This document shows positions 1 to 10,836 of a stretch of DNA of 64,000 bases, one piece after another (position 1 is the stretch's first letter; the number at the start of each line of letters is the position of its first letter). The notes below the pieces were generated by a model. That model was not told the DNA's origin. It made no database searches and worked only from the letters and a program-made list of their open reading frames with translations. The DNA lies in NCBI GenBank assembly GCA_963805855.1, contig CAWDVW010000002.1, positions 512,001-576,000 on the forward strand, read 5' to 3'. The DNA comes from Candidatus Dadabacteria bacterium. Lineage in GTDB: Bacteria; Desulfobacterota_D; UBA1144; Nemesobacterales; CSP1-2. The position numbers were made by a program, and so were the translations under genes.

Positions 1-455
1 TCATGCAAACTTAGCAGCCTGTAATCAACCAATTTCTTTACCTCATTTAAGCCAGTGAATTTTCTCGGTGTAGGATACTCCCTGCCGAAACCATAAAATC
101 CAATCGTGAGTGCCCCGATTGTAGGGTCAAAAGCCCCTTCGGTTTCCCTGGCTACCTCAATAGAAATCTCGAGGACCTCTTTCAACTCATTACTAATATC
201 GACGGGATTTTTGCCTGCATAACGGTTAATTCGAGAAAGTTCGCTTTTCTGATCATAGTCAGACATCAAACCCTCTAAATACCTCATCTTTGAAAATGCA
301 TTATCTATGTCATCGTTCGTTCCATCGTATAATACGATTCTGGCGTGTGTTCCCATAAGAAATTGAACCCTGTCAAGCGGTCTCTCGCTGAAACAGCTGG
401 ATAGCATGCCCAGATAGAAGCATAGCGATAGAAATATTCGAATTCTCTTTAACAT
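1..455 (-). CDS. apbE: FAD:protein FMN transferase (ApbE family lipoprotein), 3'-truncated by window edge
   Basis: Manual translation from ATG at 455: MLKRIRIFLSLCFYLGMLSSCFSERPLDRVQFLMGT...SELSRIN...EGAFDPTIG. Shows a lipoprotein signal and the ApbE motifs MGT, SELSxIN and GAFDPT. Missing from the ORF track because it runs off the edge. Confidence 0.9.
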   Translation of the reverse strand, partial: MLKRIRIFLSLCFYLGMLSSCFSERPLDRVQFLMGTHARIVLYDGTNDDIDNAFSKMRYLEGLMSDYDQKSELSRINRYAGKNPVDISNELKEVLEISIEVARETEGAFDPTIGALTIGFYGFGREYPTPRKFTGLNEVKKLVDYRLLSLH

Positions 456-584
456 TTTAATACTATTTAATTTAGGTCTGCTTTGTATACCGCGGCGTCC
501 TAGTTAATAATAAAGCATGGCTTGACTTTTTAATGCAAAAATGTAATGTAAAGTTTGAATTTAATTATATATGGGAGAAGCTAA

Positions 585-758
585 ATGGTCATTTTCTCAT
601 GGTTAAATACAAAGGACGACGAATGGGATAAAGAGGACGAAGAGGACTTCGACGAAGATGAGGAAGAGATCTGGGACGAAGATGACGAAGATTTAGACAT
701 TGAAGAGGAATGGGAAGAGGAAGAGGAAGAAAATGACGATCAAAAAACCATAAATTGA
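585..758 (+). CDS. 57-aa extremely acidic small protein
   Basis: GGGAG RBS at 573-577, ATG at 585, TGA at 756-758. Translation MVIFSWLNTKDDEWDKEDEEDFDEDEEEIWDEDDEDLDIEEEWEEEEEENDDQKTIN uses mixed D/E codons. Confidence 0.6.
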   Translation: MVIFSWLNTKDDEWDKEDEEDFDEDEEEIWDEDDEDLDIEEEWEEEEEENDDQKTIN

Positions 759-922
759 TAAATCTTTAATTAAAGATAGTTACACCGAAAATTAAAACAC
801 CTGCATATATCCACATTTATCCACCTTTTTCTTGATCAATATCCTCTTGTTTCAAAACCGCTATTAGAATAGCCAAATTTTACTTGAGTATTATAAAATA
901 ATCTGAATTTTCCTTTTTAGCA

Positions 923-1008
923 TGCCCGGGGCCGGGGTCGAACCGGCACGGGCCGTAAAGCCCATTGGATTTTAAGTCCAATGCGTCTGCCTATTCCGCC
1001 ACCCGGGC
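923..1008 (-). tRNA. tRNA-Leu(TAA)
   Basis: Reverse complement GCCCGGGTGGCGGAATAGGCAGACGC-ATTGGA-CTTAAAA-TCCAAT, long variable arm, GGTTCGACCC T-loop. CCA is not encoded. Confidence 0.95.
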
Positions 1009-1078
1009 TAATTCATGTAATGCATGATTCTAAATTAGAGTAAAAAATAATTGTTGAACCCCGATTAAATCTTTATAG

Positions 1079-1153
1079 TGGAGGCGGCGCCCGGATTCGA
1101 ACCGGGGCATTGCGGTTTTGCAGACCGCTGCCTTACCACTTGGCTACGCCGCC
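1079..1153 (-). tRNA. tRNA-Cys(GCA)
   Basis: Reverse complement GGCGGCGTAGCCAAGTGGTAAGGCAGCGGT-CTGCAAA-ACCGC...GGTTCGAATCC...GCCGCCTCCA. Confidence 0.95.
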
Positions 1154-1171
1154 CTGATCAATGATTGCGAT

Positions 1172-1200
1172 AGTATGAATAATATTTATCGGCTTTTCAA
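1172..1200 (-). promoter_or_regulatory. Putative sigma70 promoter for tRNA-Cys/Leu
   Basis: TTGAAA-17 bp-CATACT on the minus strand, about 20 bp upstream of tRNA-Cys. Confidence 0.5.
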
Positions 1201-1378
1201 GTTGGATATTAAAAGTGACATTAAACAAAGGGTGATGTACTCTAATTAATCAATGGTTTTAATTTTGAAATAAGTTACTATATAAGACTAAAGCAATTGA
1301 GAAAGATTTAGTAAATAATTCGACTCGGCCAAAAAATAACTGACGTTTGCGGATTCGTTGATCTGATTGAGAAAGAAT

Positions 1379-1709
1379 ATGAAACGAAATGTCGTAGTTA
1401 CCTTCCTTAACATCGTGCTGGGGTCGCTTCTTTTTGCGGTCGTCGCCGTATACAGCGTCGCCCAAGGCCAGCCGACCGCGGGCACGGGCTACCCCATCAC
1501 CATTGGCGTGGGCCAATCGGTAAGCATCTGCAAGACTGGCACCGTCATCTGTCCGGTAAGGTCCCCCATCTGCGACGATCTCTCCGTCGCTACAGTGCAG
1601 GGCGGAAAAGACGGCCTTGAGATTGTTGGCGTAAAACCGGGTAGCGACTCTTTGCTCCGTGGTGTCAGCAACCGCGTTGCGGACGATCTACACCATCACT
1701 GTTCGCTGA
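1379..1709 (+). CDS. Small secreted Cys-containing beta-rich protein, probable +1 frameshift near 1643
   Basis: Signal-peptide-like N-terminus with Cys residues. Removing one base at GGTAGCGACT gives ...VKPGTTLCSVVSATALRTIYTITVR* ending at 1709, a more plausible Ig-like terminus than the tracked ORF ending at 1756. Confidence 0.5.
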
Positions 1710-1984
1710 TATGCATCGGATGGCTTGACATGGGGTTTTCCCTTGTGACAGAATAAAAAAGTAAAAACCTACGTGCCTTAAATCTGCTTAAAAAGATTAT
1801 GGACGAAAAGAGAAAGTCCTTGCCCGTGGATTCAAAAGTATCGAAAGAACCGGCAAATCTTGTCATTCAAGACTGGCGCGGCGGAATCGATTCCGAAGGC
1901 ATAAACCATGCAGTCCCGAGACGGTGTTTCGGCTTCGACCATGTGATTGATCCCACAGGGTCCGGACCATACGCGGACATGCCG

Positions 1985-2077
1985 AGCGTGGCACGCTCCG
2001 GGAAGCTTTCGGGCGATCACGCCATCCCGGAATACCTAGCCACGATCTTGGAGGTGGAACCATGCCCCGTGCCGTAA
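1985..2077 (+). pseudogene. C-terminal relic of glycogen/starch phosphorylase (GlgP-like)
   Basis: [30 protein letters not shown] resembles the phosphorylase C-terminus (NVAxSGKFSSDRTIxEYAxxIW...PCPV). It lies directly upstream of pgm. Confidence 0.6.
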
Positions 2078-2100
2078 CAAGCAAATCCAACAATAAGGCA

Positions 2101-3747
2101 ATGATCTCACCTCTCGCAGGACGACCAGCCCCCAAGGAGATGCTGGTGGATCCCGCGCGTCTCGAACGTGAGTATTTTGAGCATCGGCCCGACCTCAATG
2201 ACCCGAACCAGATGGTCAGCTTCGGGACCAGCGGACACCGGGGCTCATCCCTCCGCGGCACCTTCACCGAGGCCCACATCCTGGCCATCACACAGGCTAT
2301 CTGCGACTACCGTCGAAGTCAGGGGACCGATGGCCCAATTTACATGGGGAAAGACACACATGCGCTCTCGGCACCTGCGCAGCGCACAGCACTCGAGGTC
2401 CTGGCGGCAAACGGTGTAGATACCATTATCCAGCGAAATGATGGAGTGACTCCTACGCCTGTGATATCACGTGCCATACTGGCATACAACCGTGACCGCA
2501 AGAAGCGCCTTGCTGACGGCATCGTTATCACTCCGTCACACAACCCGCCTGATGATGGCGGCTTCAAGTACAACCCGACTAACGGCGGCCCTGCCGACAC
2601 GGACGTCACCACGTGGGTAGAGGATCGGGCAAACGAACTATTGAAACGTGGAAACGCAGGCGTAAAGCGGATCCCATTTACCGCTGCCATGAAGGCGCCA
2701 AACACGCATGAGGACGACTTCATTATCCCCTATGTCAACGACCTTCGGAACGTCATCGACATTGAGGTAATTAGCGCCGCGGGCCTGAAATTGGGCGTGG
2801 ACCCGCTGGGCGGAGCCACGGTTCCCTATTGGGAGCCTATCAACTCCATCTACCAGCTCGATATAACGGTCGTGAACCCCGTTATTGACCCTACGTTCTC
2901 GTTCATGACGGTCGACCACGACGGCGCGATCCGGATGGACTGCTCTAGCCCCTACGCCATGGCCCGGCTCGTCGACCTTAAAGATCAGTACCGCGTCGCA
3001 TTCGCCAACGACCCAGACGCAGACCGGCACGGGATAGTCACACCTTCTGCGGGGTTGATGAACCCTAACCATTACCTGGCCGTAGCCATCCGGTACCTGC
3101 TGAACCACCGACCCCACTGGCCGCCCCACGCATTTGTAGGCAAGACGCTTGTCAGCAGTACTATGATTGACAAGGTCGTCGAAAAACTTGGCCGCCGAGT
3201 GTCGGAGGTGCCGGTGGGCTTCAAGTGGTTTGCGCCCGGGCTCTTCGATGGCTCCTATTGCTTCGGCGGAGAAGAGAGCGCCGGAGCGAGCTTCCTGAGA
3301 CAGAATGGCACTGTTTGGACAACCGACAAGGACGGGCTCATCATGGACCTTCTGGCAGCCGAGATCACCGCCCGAACGGAGAGCGACCCGGGCGAGCACT
3401 ACCGAGATCTCACGTCAGAGTTCGGTACTCCGTACTACACGCGAATCGATGCCCCTGCGACGCCCGAGCAGAAGGAGAGGCTTCGGAAGCTGTCGCCCCA
3501 GGATGTCAAGGAGTCAGTCCTGGCTGGCGAAGCAATCACGGCCAAGCTGACCCGGGCGCCGGGTAACAAGGCGCCAATCGGGGGTCTGAAAGTGGTAGCG
3601 GCCAGCGGCTGGTTTGCCGCCCGCCCCTCCGGTACCGAAAACATCTACAAAATTTACGCTGAAAGCTTCAAAGACGAGACTCACCTGAACGCTATTGTGA
3701 AGGAAGCTAAAAAGATCGTGAGTCAGGCACTGGAGGGAATATCATGA
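2101..3747 (+). CDS. pgm: Phosphoglucomutase (alpha-D-glucose-1,6-bisphosphate-dependent)
   Basis: Motifs [27 protein letters not shown] and RPSGTE. Likely start MISPLAG at 2101. Confidence 0.95.
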   Translation: MISPLAGRPAPKEMLVDPARLEREYFEHRPDLNDPNQMVSFGTSGHRGSSLRGTFTEAHILAITQAICDYRRSQGTDGPIYMGKDTHALSAPAQRTALEVLAANGVDTIIQRNDGVTPTPVISRAILAYNRDRKKRLADGIVITPSHNPPDDGGFKYNPTNGGPADTDVTTWVEDRANELLKRGNAGVKRIPFTAAMKAPNTHEDDFIIPYVNDLRNVIDIEVISAAGLKLGVDPLGGATVPYWEPINSIYQLDITVVNPVIDPTFSFMTVDHDGAIRMDCSSPYAMARLVDLKDQYRVAFANDPDADRHGIVTPSAGLMNPNHYLAVAIRYLLNHRPHWPPHAFVGKTLVSSTMIDKVVEKLGRRVSEVPVGFKWFAPGLFDGSYCFGGEESAGASFLRQNGTVWTTDKDGLIMDLLAAEITARTESDPGEHYRDLTSEFGTPYYTRIDAPATPEQKERLRKLSPQDVKESVLAGEAITAKLTRAPGNKAPIGGLKVVAASGWFAARPSGTENIYKIYAESFKDETHLNAIVKEAKKIVSQALEGIS

Positions 3748-4026
3748 TCTCACAAGCCCGATTAGTCTTACAGGCCTCCATGGCGTGCATCGTGCGCGCG
3801 GACGACGGCTATGCGAGCAACTTTACGGGTTCGGCAGCCGGAGCCGCATTCATAGGCTTGTCCGCGAGATACGCGAATTTCCAAATGCCTCCGCATCGCT
3901 CGAGGGCAGGAAGGTTACGTAAGGAGAAAGCGACAATCATGAAAAGACTGCGAGGAGAGACAAACCAAGCAGTGAGCTAAACTCAAAGGATAGAATAAAC
4001 TGGATTAAAAAAAGGAGGGAGTAATT

Positions 4027-5043
4027 ATGCAACTCGGAATGATTGGTCTTGGAAGGATGGGTGCAAACATGGTGCGACGACTTCTCAAGAGAGGCCATAA
4101 GTGTGTGGTCTTCGACAGAGGACCGAAGGCGGTCAAGGAGCTAGGTAAGGAGGGAGCAGTGGGAACCTCGTCGTTCCAGGATCTTGTTAAGAAGCTAGAG
4201 AAGCCCCGCGCGATATGGCTGATGATACCTGCCGCAGTCGTGGATAATGCCATCGGCGATCTCCTGCCCCATCTCGAGAAAGGAGACATGCTCATCGACG
4301 GTGGAAATTCTTATTACGTGGATGATATCCGGCGCGCGAAGGAACTCGCGCCAAAGGGAATCCACTACGTGGACGTGGGGACGAGCGGCGGGGTCTGGGG
4401 ACTGGAACGGGGTTATTGCATGATGATCGGTGGTGAACCGCGAATCGTCAGGCATCTCGATCCAATTTTCGCAACGCTGGCGCCCGGCATAGGCGACATA
4501 CCGCGGACGCCCGGGCGCGAGAAGGTCGGCGGCACTGCCGAGCAGGGTTACCTTCACTGTGGTCCGAATGGCGCGGGCCACTTTGTGAAGATGGTGCACA
4601 ACGGAATCGAGTACGGCATCATGGCAGCATACGCCGAGGGATTGGGTGTGCTGAAGTCCGCTAATGTTGGTAAGCGAAAGGATGAGATCGATGCTGAGAC
4701 GACGCCATTGCGCGATCCCGAGCACTACCAATACGACCTCAATCTGCCTGACGTCGCCGAGGTGTGGCGCCGCGGAAGTGTGATCGCATCATGGCTGCTG
4801 GACCTCACGGCAACGGCTCTGCTCGAAGACCCGGCTCTTTCGGGCTTTGCGGGACGAGTCTCAGACTCAGGCGAGGGACGATGGACGATCAAGGCTGCAA
4901 TCGATGAGGCGGTACCAGTCCCTGTTCTTGCCACGGCACTCTATGAGCGATTCAGCTCGCGAGGCGAAGCAGAGTTTCAGAACAGAATGCTTTCGGCGAT
5001 GCGTTACGAATTCGGCGGACACCTGGAAAAATCAAAGAAATAA
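4027..5043 (+). CDS. gnd: Decarboxylating 6-phosphogluconate dehydrogenase (short GntZ/YqeC type)
   Basis: Motifs [31 protein letters not shown] and DSGEGRW. Strong AGGAGG RBS. Confidence 0.95.
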   Translation: MQLGMIGLGRMGANMVRRLLKRGHKCVVFDRGPKAVKELGKEGAVGTSSFQDLVKKLEKPRAIWLMIPAAVVDNAIGDLLPHLEKGDMLIDGGNSYYVDDIRRAKELAPKGIHYVDVGTSGGVWGLERGYCMMIGGEPRIVRHLDPIFATLAPGIGDIPRTPGREKVGGTAEQGYLHCGPNGAGHFVKMVHNGIEYGIMAAYAEGLGVLKSANVGKRKDEIDAETTPLRDPEHYQYDLNLPDVAEVWRRGSVIASWLLDLTATALLEDPALSGFAGRVSDSGEGRWTIKAAIDEAVPVPVLATALYERFSSRGEAEFQNRMLSAMRYEFGGHLEKSKK

Positions 5044-5053
5044 GGACGAAACC

Positions 5054-6430
5054 ATGGACGTGCCCCATTCGGATGCGCTTGTCTTCTTCGGTGCGACAGG
5101 CGACCTGGCCTACAAGAAAATCTTTCCGGCGCTGCACGCGATGGCGAAGCGCGGCCACATCAACGTGCCGGTCATAGGCGTGGCCAAGTCTGGCTGGAGT
5201 CTCGACCAACTCCGGGCCCGGTCTCGCGACAGTATAGAGAAACACGGGGGTATCGATCCCCCGGCTTTTGACAACCTTAGCGGCTTGCTCCGCTATGTCG
5301 ACGGGGACTACAAGGATCCTGCTACATTTCAGGCCATCCGTAAGGAGCTGGGCTCCGCTGAGCGGCCGGCTCACTACCTCGCCATCCCCCCTACACTATT
5401 TGGGTTGGTCGTTGAACAACTAGCGAAGGCAGATTGCACCGATGGCGCCCGGGTCATCATTGAAAAGCCCTTTGGCCGGGATCTCGCCTCGGCGCAGAAC
5501 CTCAACCGGATCCTGCTCGGAACCTTCAAAGAGAAAGCCATCTTCCGCATCGACCATTATCTTGGCAAGCGCCCGGTCCACAACATGCTTTTCTTTCGCT
5601 TTGCAAATGCATTCCTGGAACCGTTCTGGAACCGCTACCACGTTGAGAGTGTACAGATCACCATGGCGGAAAGCTTCGGGGTTCAGGGACGGGGTGCATT
5701 CTATGATGAGGCCGGTGCTATCCGGGACGTCGTCGAGAATCATCTATTCCAGGTTCTAGCAAACCTGACGATGGAGCCCCCAGTCAGGACCGACAGCGAA
5801 TCGATTCGGGATGAAAAGGTCAAGGTCTTGCGGGCGATCCCGCCGCTGGATCCAACGAACCTTGTCCGCGGACAGTTCCGCGGGTATCTAGACGAGAAGG
5901 GTGTGGCATCAGACTCGCGGGTTGAGACCTTTGCAGCACTGAAACTCGAGATCGATTCGTGGCGCTGGAGAGGGACTCCATTCTACATCCGGGCGGGAAA
6001 GTGCCTGCCCGTCACTTGCACGGAAATCCTCGTCCGGCTGCGACAGCCTCCCACTATGTATCAAAGCTTCAACCTGAGACCGAACTACTGCCGCTTTCGG
6101 ATCAGTCCTGACATAACGTTTGCCCTAGGTATTAACGTAATGGGCCCGGGGGCGGAAACGACCGCCGAACCAGTGGAAATAGTGGGGAACCGCCACCCCC
6201 GCGCGGAGGAGATGGATGCCTATGAAAGGTTGCTCGGGGATGCGATGGCGGGAGACGCAACTCTCTTTGCTCGGGAGGATTACGTAGAAGAGGCATGGCG
6301 AATAGTCGAGCCAGTACTGAAGACCAGTACTCCGGTCTTCGAGTATGACCCCGATAGCTGGGGCCCCAGGGAGGTTGATGAAATTGTTTTGCCTCCCGGA
6401 GGCTGGCAAAATCCGCAAGTTACAGCATGA
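5054..6430 (+). CDS. zwf: Glucose-6-phosphate 1-dehydrogenase
   Basis: Motifs [20 protein letters not shown] and RAGK. Start at ATG 5054, just after the gnd stop. Confidence 0.95.
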   Translation: MDVPHSDALVFFGATGDLAYKKIFPALHAMAKRGHINVPVIGVAKSGWSLDQLRARSRDSIEKHGGIDPPAFDNLSGLLRYVDGDYKDPATFQAIRKELGSAERPAHYLAIPPTLFGLVVEQLAKADCTDGARVIIEKPFGRDLASAQNLNRILLGTFKEKAIFRIDHYLGKRPVHNMLFFRFANAFLEPFWNRYHVESVQITMAESFGVQGRGAFYDEAGAIRDVVENHLFQVLANLTMEPPVRTDSESIRDEKVKVLRAIPPLDPTNLVRGQFRGYLDEKGVASDSRVETFAALKLEIDSWRWRGTPFYIRAGKCLPVTCTEILVRLRQPPTMYQSFNLRPNYCRFRISPDITFALGINVMGPGAETTAEPVEIVGNRHPRAEEMDAYERLLGDAMAGDATLFAREDYVEEAWRIVEPVLKTSTPVFEYDPDSWGPREVDEIVLPPGGWQNPQVTA

Positions 6431-6483
6431 TACAGGCTTAAGTGGAAGATTCGCAATCAGGATACTAATTGCAGACAGGATAA

Positions 6484-6630
6484 GGGGTCGCACCAGTACG
6501 GGATCATTGCCATTTCTCGACACTCCGAGGTAAGCACTTCTTTTTGGAGATATAATGAGTCCAATAGACTTATAGAATCCCGACCCCGACCGGATATTGA
6601 GCATTCTAACCGCGGGGTCTAACCTTGAAA
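6484..6630. repeat. Cluster of GGGGTC/GACCCC motifs upstream of the transposase homolog (REP-like end motifs)
   Basis: GGGGTC at 6484 and 6614, GACCCC at 6582. Confidence 0.4.
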
Positions 6631-6652
6631 TAATTGATTCATTAAATATACT
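6625..6652 (+). promoter_or_regulatory. Putative sigma70 promoter giving a leaderless transcript
   Basis: TTGAAA-16 bp-TATACT ending 6 nt before ATG 6659. No RBS visible. Confidence 0.4.
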
Positions 6653-6658
6653 TTAATT

Positions 6659-7510
6659 ATGGCACGACCAATACGTATCGAATACCCTGGCGCAGTTTAC
6701 TACATCACTAGCAGAGGCAATGCAAACCGACCAATCTTTAGAGACGACCAGGATCGGAAAGACTTTCTTGAGTTGTTGGGTTTATTGGTTGATCGTTTCA
6801 AATGGCGTTGCCACGCTTACTGCTTGATGAATAATCATTACCACCTTCTAGTTGAAACCCCAAAGGCCAATCTGTCACAAGGAATGCGTCAATTAAATGG
6901 TATATACACTCAGAATTTTAATCGGAGGCATCGACGAGCGGGTCATGTTTTTCAGGGAAGGTTTAAGGGTATATTAATTGACAAGAAAAATTATCTCCTT
7001 GACCTCGCCACCCACATCGTCTTGAATTCAGTTCGCTTGAGAGTGGTGAAAACTCCCGTGAATTACAAATGGAGCAGTTACAAAGCAACCGCCGGTATTG
7101 TCAAAGCACCTTCATTTTTAACTACAGAGTGGATACTTTCACGGTTTGGAAAGCAATTGAAGACCGCTCATGAAAAATACAGGTCTCATGTTAAGCAGGC
7201 GATCAAAAAGCCAAAGCCATGGGGTAGAGTAAGAAGACAGGTTCTCCTTGGGGATGAAAAATTCGTATCGGGCCTTGAGCCTTACCTTAAGGGAGTAAAG
7301 AAGAAAGAGAAATTGACACAGAAAAAGAAGGTCGCAAAACGTCCCTCCTTGAGAAAATTATTCGACAAAGTTGGTAGTAAATCCAAGGAGGCGAGGGACC
7401 GTATTATAAGAGATGCTCACCTGAAATATGGACATACGTTAGCAGATATTGGAAAGCGTCTCGGACTACACTACAGTACAATAAGTAAGATAGTAAATGA
7501 AACAAAATAA
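6659..7510 (+). mobile_element. REP-associated/IS200-like Y1 (HUH) transposase homolog with C-terminal HTH
   Basis: MARPIRIEYPGAVY.ITSRGN, HUH motif NHYHL, GHVFQGRF, YKWSSY, and C-terminal HTH TLADIGKRLGLHYSTISK. The catalytic Tyr position reads His. Confidence 0.85.
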
Positions 7511-7547
7511 ATATCTATTTTTTCAACCTAAACGAAACAGCAGCGGG

Positions 7548-8339
7548 TTAAAATGCCATCTCTCCGCTTAAGAATGTGACAGCCTTTCCTAGAAGTAAAA
7601 CTCGCTTACCACTTATAGTAACGCGCATGAACCCTCCGCGCGGTGAGGCTTGATAGGCAAAGAACTCATTTTTATTTAACCTTTCCTTCCAGAAGGGCGC
7701 TAGGCAACAGTGAGCCGAACCCGTAACATGATCCTCATCAATTCCAGCTGACGGCGCGAAGAACCTTGACACAAAATCATAATCACCGGACTTGGCAACG
7801 CTTGTTACGATCAATCCCCTAACCGGCATCTTTTTAATAAGAGATAAGTCAGGTCTCAATTCTCTTAAGGTCTTCTCAGATTTGACTTCGACCAAATAAT
7901 CAAATCTGTTTTTACCAACATATGCAGGAAAAACACCCAACGCCTTCGCAATAAAATTGGGAGTAGTTACCTTTTTTGCAGGCTCGGAGGGAAAATCGAG
8001 CTCGATCCAATCATTTTTTCTTTTTGCGGTAAGTAATCCGCTATTCGTAAAAAAGCGTGCCGACCTATTAGGCTTTAGATAACCACGTTCCCATAGAACA
8101 TGTGCGCTGGCAAGTGTGGCATGGCCGCAGAGATCAATTTCAACAACAGGTGAGAACCATCTGAGCCTGAATCCTTCACCCTCCTTTTGTAAAAATGCAG
8201 TCTCTGCAAGATTTAACTCCCTCGCAACATTCTGCAACCACTTATCATTTTTGGGCTCAGATAAAATGCAGACTCCTGCGGGATTTCCTGAGAACAGTTT
8301 GTCTGTAAACGCATTCACCTGAAAAATAGGCAAGACCAT
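7548..8339 (-). CDS. PhzF family isomerase
   Basis: Motifs GNPAGV, ETAF, DLCGHATLA and EDHVTGSAHC. Confidence 0.9.
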   Translation of the reverse strand: MVLPIFQVNAFTDKLFSGNPAGVCILSEPKNDKWLQNVARELNLAETAFLQKEGEGFRLRWFSPVVEIDLCGHATLASAHVLWERGYLKPNRSARFFTNSGLLTAKRKNDWIELDFPSEPAKKVTTPNFIAKALGVFPAYVGKNRFDYLVEVKSEKTLRELRPDLSLIKKMPVRGLIVTSVAKSGDYDFVSRFFAPSAGIDEDHVTGSAHCCLAPFWKERLNKNEFFAYQASPRGGFMRVTISGKRVLLLGKAVTFLSGEMAF

Positions 8340-8379
8340 TTGAATTCATCTACTAATATGAAAAGGAAAACATAAATAC

Positions 8380-9582
8380 TCAATTGATTTTGACGGGTCG
8401 GGTTTTAGTTTTCAAAACCTTAATTGCATCCTGAATCCCGGCTAGTGTGAGAGGGTACATTCGTTTCTCCATAAACTCCCTTAGCATTTGAATAGATTGC
8501 GTGTATCTCCAATAGTCCACCGGGACTGGGTTTAGCCAGACCATGCGGGGATATTGATTTTTAAGCCTTGTCAACCAGGTAAAGCCGGCCTCATCATTGT
8601 TATGCTCAACGCTTCCATTTGCATACAGCAACTCATATGGAGACATGGACGCATCGCTAACCAAAATGACCATATAATCATTGTTGTATTTATGCAGAAC
8701 CTCAAAGGTGGGAATTCGCTCATCCCAGCGCCTGGTATTATCCCTCCAGACCGATTCATATAAGCAATTATGAAAATAGAAATACTCCAGGTGCTTGAAT
8801 TCGTATTTTGCTGCTGAGAAAAGCTGGGCGCAAATCTCAATGTGATCATCCATTGACCCGCCTACGTCGAGAAATAATAAAACCTTTACATTATTCTTTC
8901 TGGATGGGATCATTTCTAATTCAAGCACACCTGCATTTTTAGAAGTTTTTTCGATGGTTTTATCCAGATCAAGCTCCTCTTCCCTGCCCTCTCGTGTGAG
9001 TAAACGCAATTTTTTTAAAGCCATCTTCATATTTCGTGTATTGAGCTCAACACTGTCATCGAGGTTTTTAAACTCTCTTTTATCCCAAACCTTCACTGCA
9101 CGACGGTTCCTGCTTTCAGTCTGTCCGATTCTGATGCCTTCGGGATTATAGCCATAAGCTCCAAAAGGAGACGTCCCACCCGTTCCAATCCATTTGCTCC
9201 CGCCCGCATGCCTATTTTTCTGCTCGTTCATAAGCTCCTTAAGACGCTCCATCAATTTATCCAACCCACCCATTGCTTTAATCAACGCCATATCTTCCTC
9301 GGTTAATATCCCCTCCATACCCCTTCTGAGCCATTCTTCGGGGATCTTCATAAATTGCTCGTTGTCAATCGTCTCTATGCCCCTGAAATACCTTCCGAAT
9401 AGGACATCGAAACGATCTATATGCTGTTCATGCTTGATTAAGATAGAACGACTCAGGTAATAAAAGTCATCTACGTTATATTCTACTATTTCGCTGTCTA
9501 ACGCCTCGAGAAGGGTTAGGTATTCATTTATTGTAACCGGCAAGCCGTCGTTCTTCAGCAGCAGGAAAAAGTCTAAAAACAT
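8380..9582 (-). CDS. VWA domain protein (CoxE-like), MoxR partner
   Basis: GGSKWIGTGGTSPFG, MIDAS-like LDVGGSM, YFHNC. Downstream of the MoxR ATPase. Confidence 0.85.
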   Translation of the reverse strand: MFLDFFLLLKNDGLPVTINEYLTLLEALDSEIVEYNVDDFYYLSRSILIKHEQHIDRFDVLFGRYFRGIETIDNEQFMKIPEEWLRRGMEGILTEEDMALIKAMGGLDKLMERLKELMNEQKNRHAGGSKWIGTGGTSPFGAYGYNPEGIRIGQTESRNRRAVKVWDKREFKNLDDSVELNTRNMKMALKKLRLLTREGREEELDLDKTIEKTSKNAGVLELEMIPSRKNNVKVLLFLDVGGSMDDHIEICAQLFSAAKYEFKHLEYFYFHNCLYESVWRDNTRRWDERIPTFEVLHKYNNDYMVILVSDASMSPYELLYANGSVEHNNDEAGFTWLTRLKNQYPRMVWLNPVPVDYWRYTQSIQMLREFMEKRMYPLTLAGIQDAIKVLKTKTRPVKIN

Positions 9583-9619
9583 CTTCTATAATTTGCTTCT
9601 AATTTAAAAATTATAAAAA

Positions 9620-10456
9620 CTATCTTCTGAATCGATACCCCATATTTCCAAATAGTTCATGATCTTGCTCATTCTTGAGCAGGGAACCGGAATAGGGTGG
9701 CATTCCCCTAGTTAGATCAATAGAAGACAACTCCTTTGATGTAATTTTTCCGAAAATTAGCAGCTTCAACCAGTCAATCAATTCACTTGTGGATGGCCGT
9801 TTCTTTAATCCGGGGATGTCTCTGATTTCATAAAAAAGCTTTAGGGCGCTATCGACCAGTTTATTTTCCAGACCGGGATAATGAACATTTACAATCGCTG
9901 TTAAGGTTTCTTTATCTGGAAAACTAATATAGTGAAAAAAGCACCTCCTTAGAAAAGCATCTGGGAGTTCCTTTTCATTGTTCGACGTTATCACAATAAT
10001 AGGTCGGTGCTTGGCTACTACCGTAAGTTGCAATTCATAACAATAGAATTCCATCCTGTCCAGCTCTAAAAGCAAATCATTTGGGAATTCTATATCCGCC
10101 TTGTCGATCTCGTCAATCAATAAAACCACTTGGTCCTCGGCTTCAAACGCCTCCCAAAGTTTTCCCTTCTTTATATAGTTGGCGATGTTTTCTACGCCCT
10201 CGTAACCCAATTGCGAGTCTCGCAGCCTCGATACAGCGTCATATTCATAAAGGCCCTGCTGGGCGTCTGAAGTCGATTTTATATGCCATGAAATGAGATT
10301 CTTTTTTAATGCCTTTGCAACCTCGAACGCTAGAAGCGTCTTGCCAGTACCCGGCTCACCCTTTATCAATAATGGTCTCTGCAGTGTTATAGCAGCATTC
10401 ACCGACAAGTCCAATTCCCTGGTTGAAATGTATGTATCAGTACCCTGAAATTTCAT
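9620..10456 (-). CDS. MoxR family AAA+ ATPase
   Basis: Walker A GEPGTGKT, Walker B LLIDEIDKA, and ELPDAFLRRC. Confidence 0.9.
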   Translation of the reverse strand: MKFQGTDTYISTRELDLSVNAAITLQRPLLIKGEPGTGKTLLAFEVAKALKKNLISWHIKSTSDAQQGLYEYDAVSRLRDSQLGYEGVENIANYIKKGKLWEAFEAEDQVVLLIDEIDKADIEFPNDLLLELDRMEFYCYELQLTVVAKHRPIIVITSNNEKELPDAFLRRCFFHYISFPDKETLTAIVNVHYPGLENKLVDSALKLFYEIRDIPGLKKRPSTSELIDWLKLLIFGKITSKELSSIDLTRGMPPYSGSLLKNEQDHELFGNMGYRFRR

Positions 10457-10582
10457 CTAAGCGCTTTTCCTCTTTCTTTATAAAAGTATTTTTAATAAAA
10501 CCGACATGAGTATGTTTGAAAATGTAAATTATACTGTCGAATATAACTATAATCAAATGCCGGACTCTGAACATATCGAAAA

Positions 10583-10609
10583 TAGAGACGCAAAATTTTG
10601 CGTCTCTAC
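10583..10609. repeat. GTAG-type REP-like perfect palindrome
   Basis: TAGAGACGCAAAATTTTGCGTCTCTA. The reverse strand starts GTAG. Confidence 0.65.
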
Positions 10610-10638
10610 ATGAAAAAAAAGAAACATTCAGTCCTGGA

Positions 10639-10791
10639 CCCTTCGAACTCACTCAGGGGTCTGGATGCACGGGTGAAAACGCGAACCCCAACACGGTATC
10701 ATGATCTTATTTCAAACCGTTCATCCTGAGCTCCGTCGAAGGATGCCAAGCCCGGCGTAGTTTCACATTTCGACACGCTCAGTGTGAACGG
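10639..10791. repeat. CTGAG...TCGAAG family palindromic repeats
   Basis: CCGTTCATCCTGAGCTCCGTCGAAGG at 10717 is inverted against TTCGACACGCTCAGTGTGAACGG ending at 10791. Related copies at 10639, 34282, 34422 and 37292. Confidence 0.6.
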
Positions 10792-10836
10792 CTGTTCCAA
10801 AACTGTTTCATCCTGAATACCGAGTTTATCCGGCGC

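Noticed and set aside
923-1153. Prophage or integrative element at the tRNAs
   Set aside because: No integrase, phage genes or duplicated tRNA 3' end seen in the window.
3744-3980. 78-aa ORF between pgm and gnd
   Set aside because: No recognisable family; could be a gene remnant but unsupported.
4847-5053. Long N-terminal extension of zwf in the ORF track
   Set aside because: It overlaps gnd; homology starts at ATG 5054.
2638-5759. Long antisense or alternate-frame ORFs over pgm, gnd and zwf
   Set aside because: Shadow ORFs expected in GC-rich coding DNA, with no motifs.
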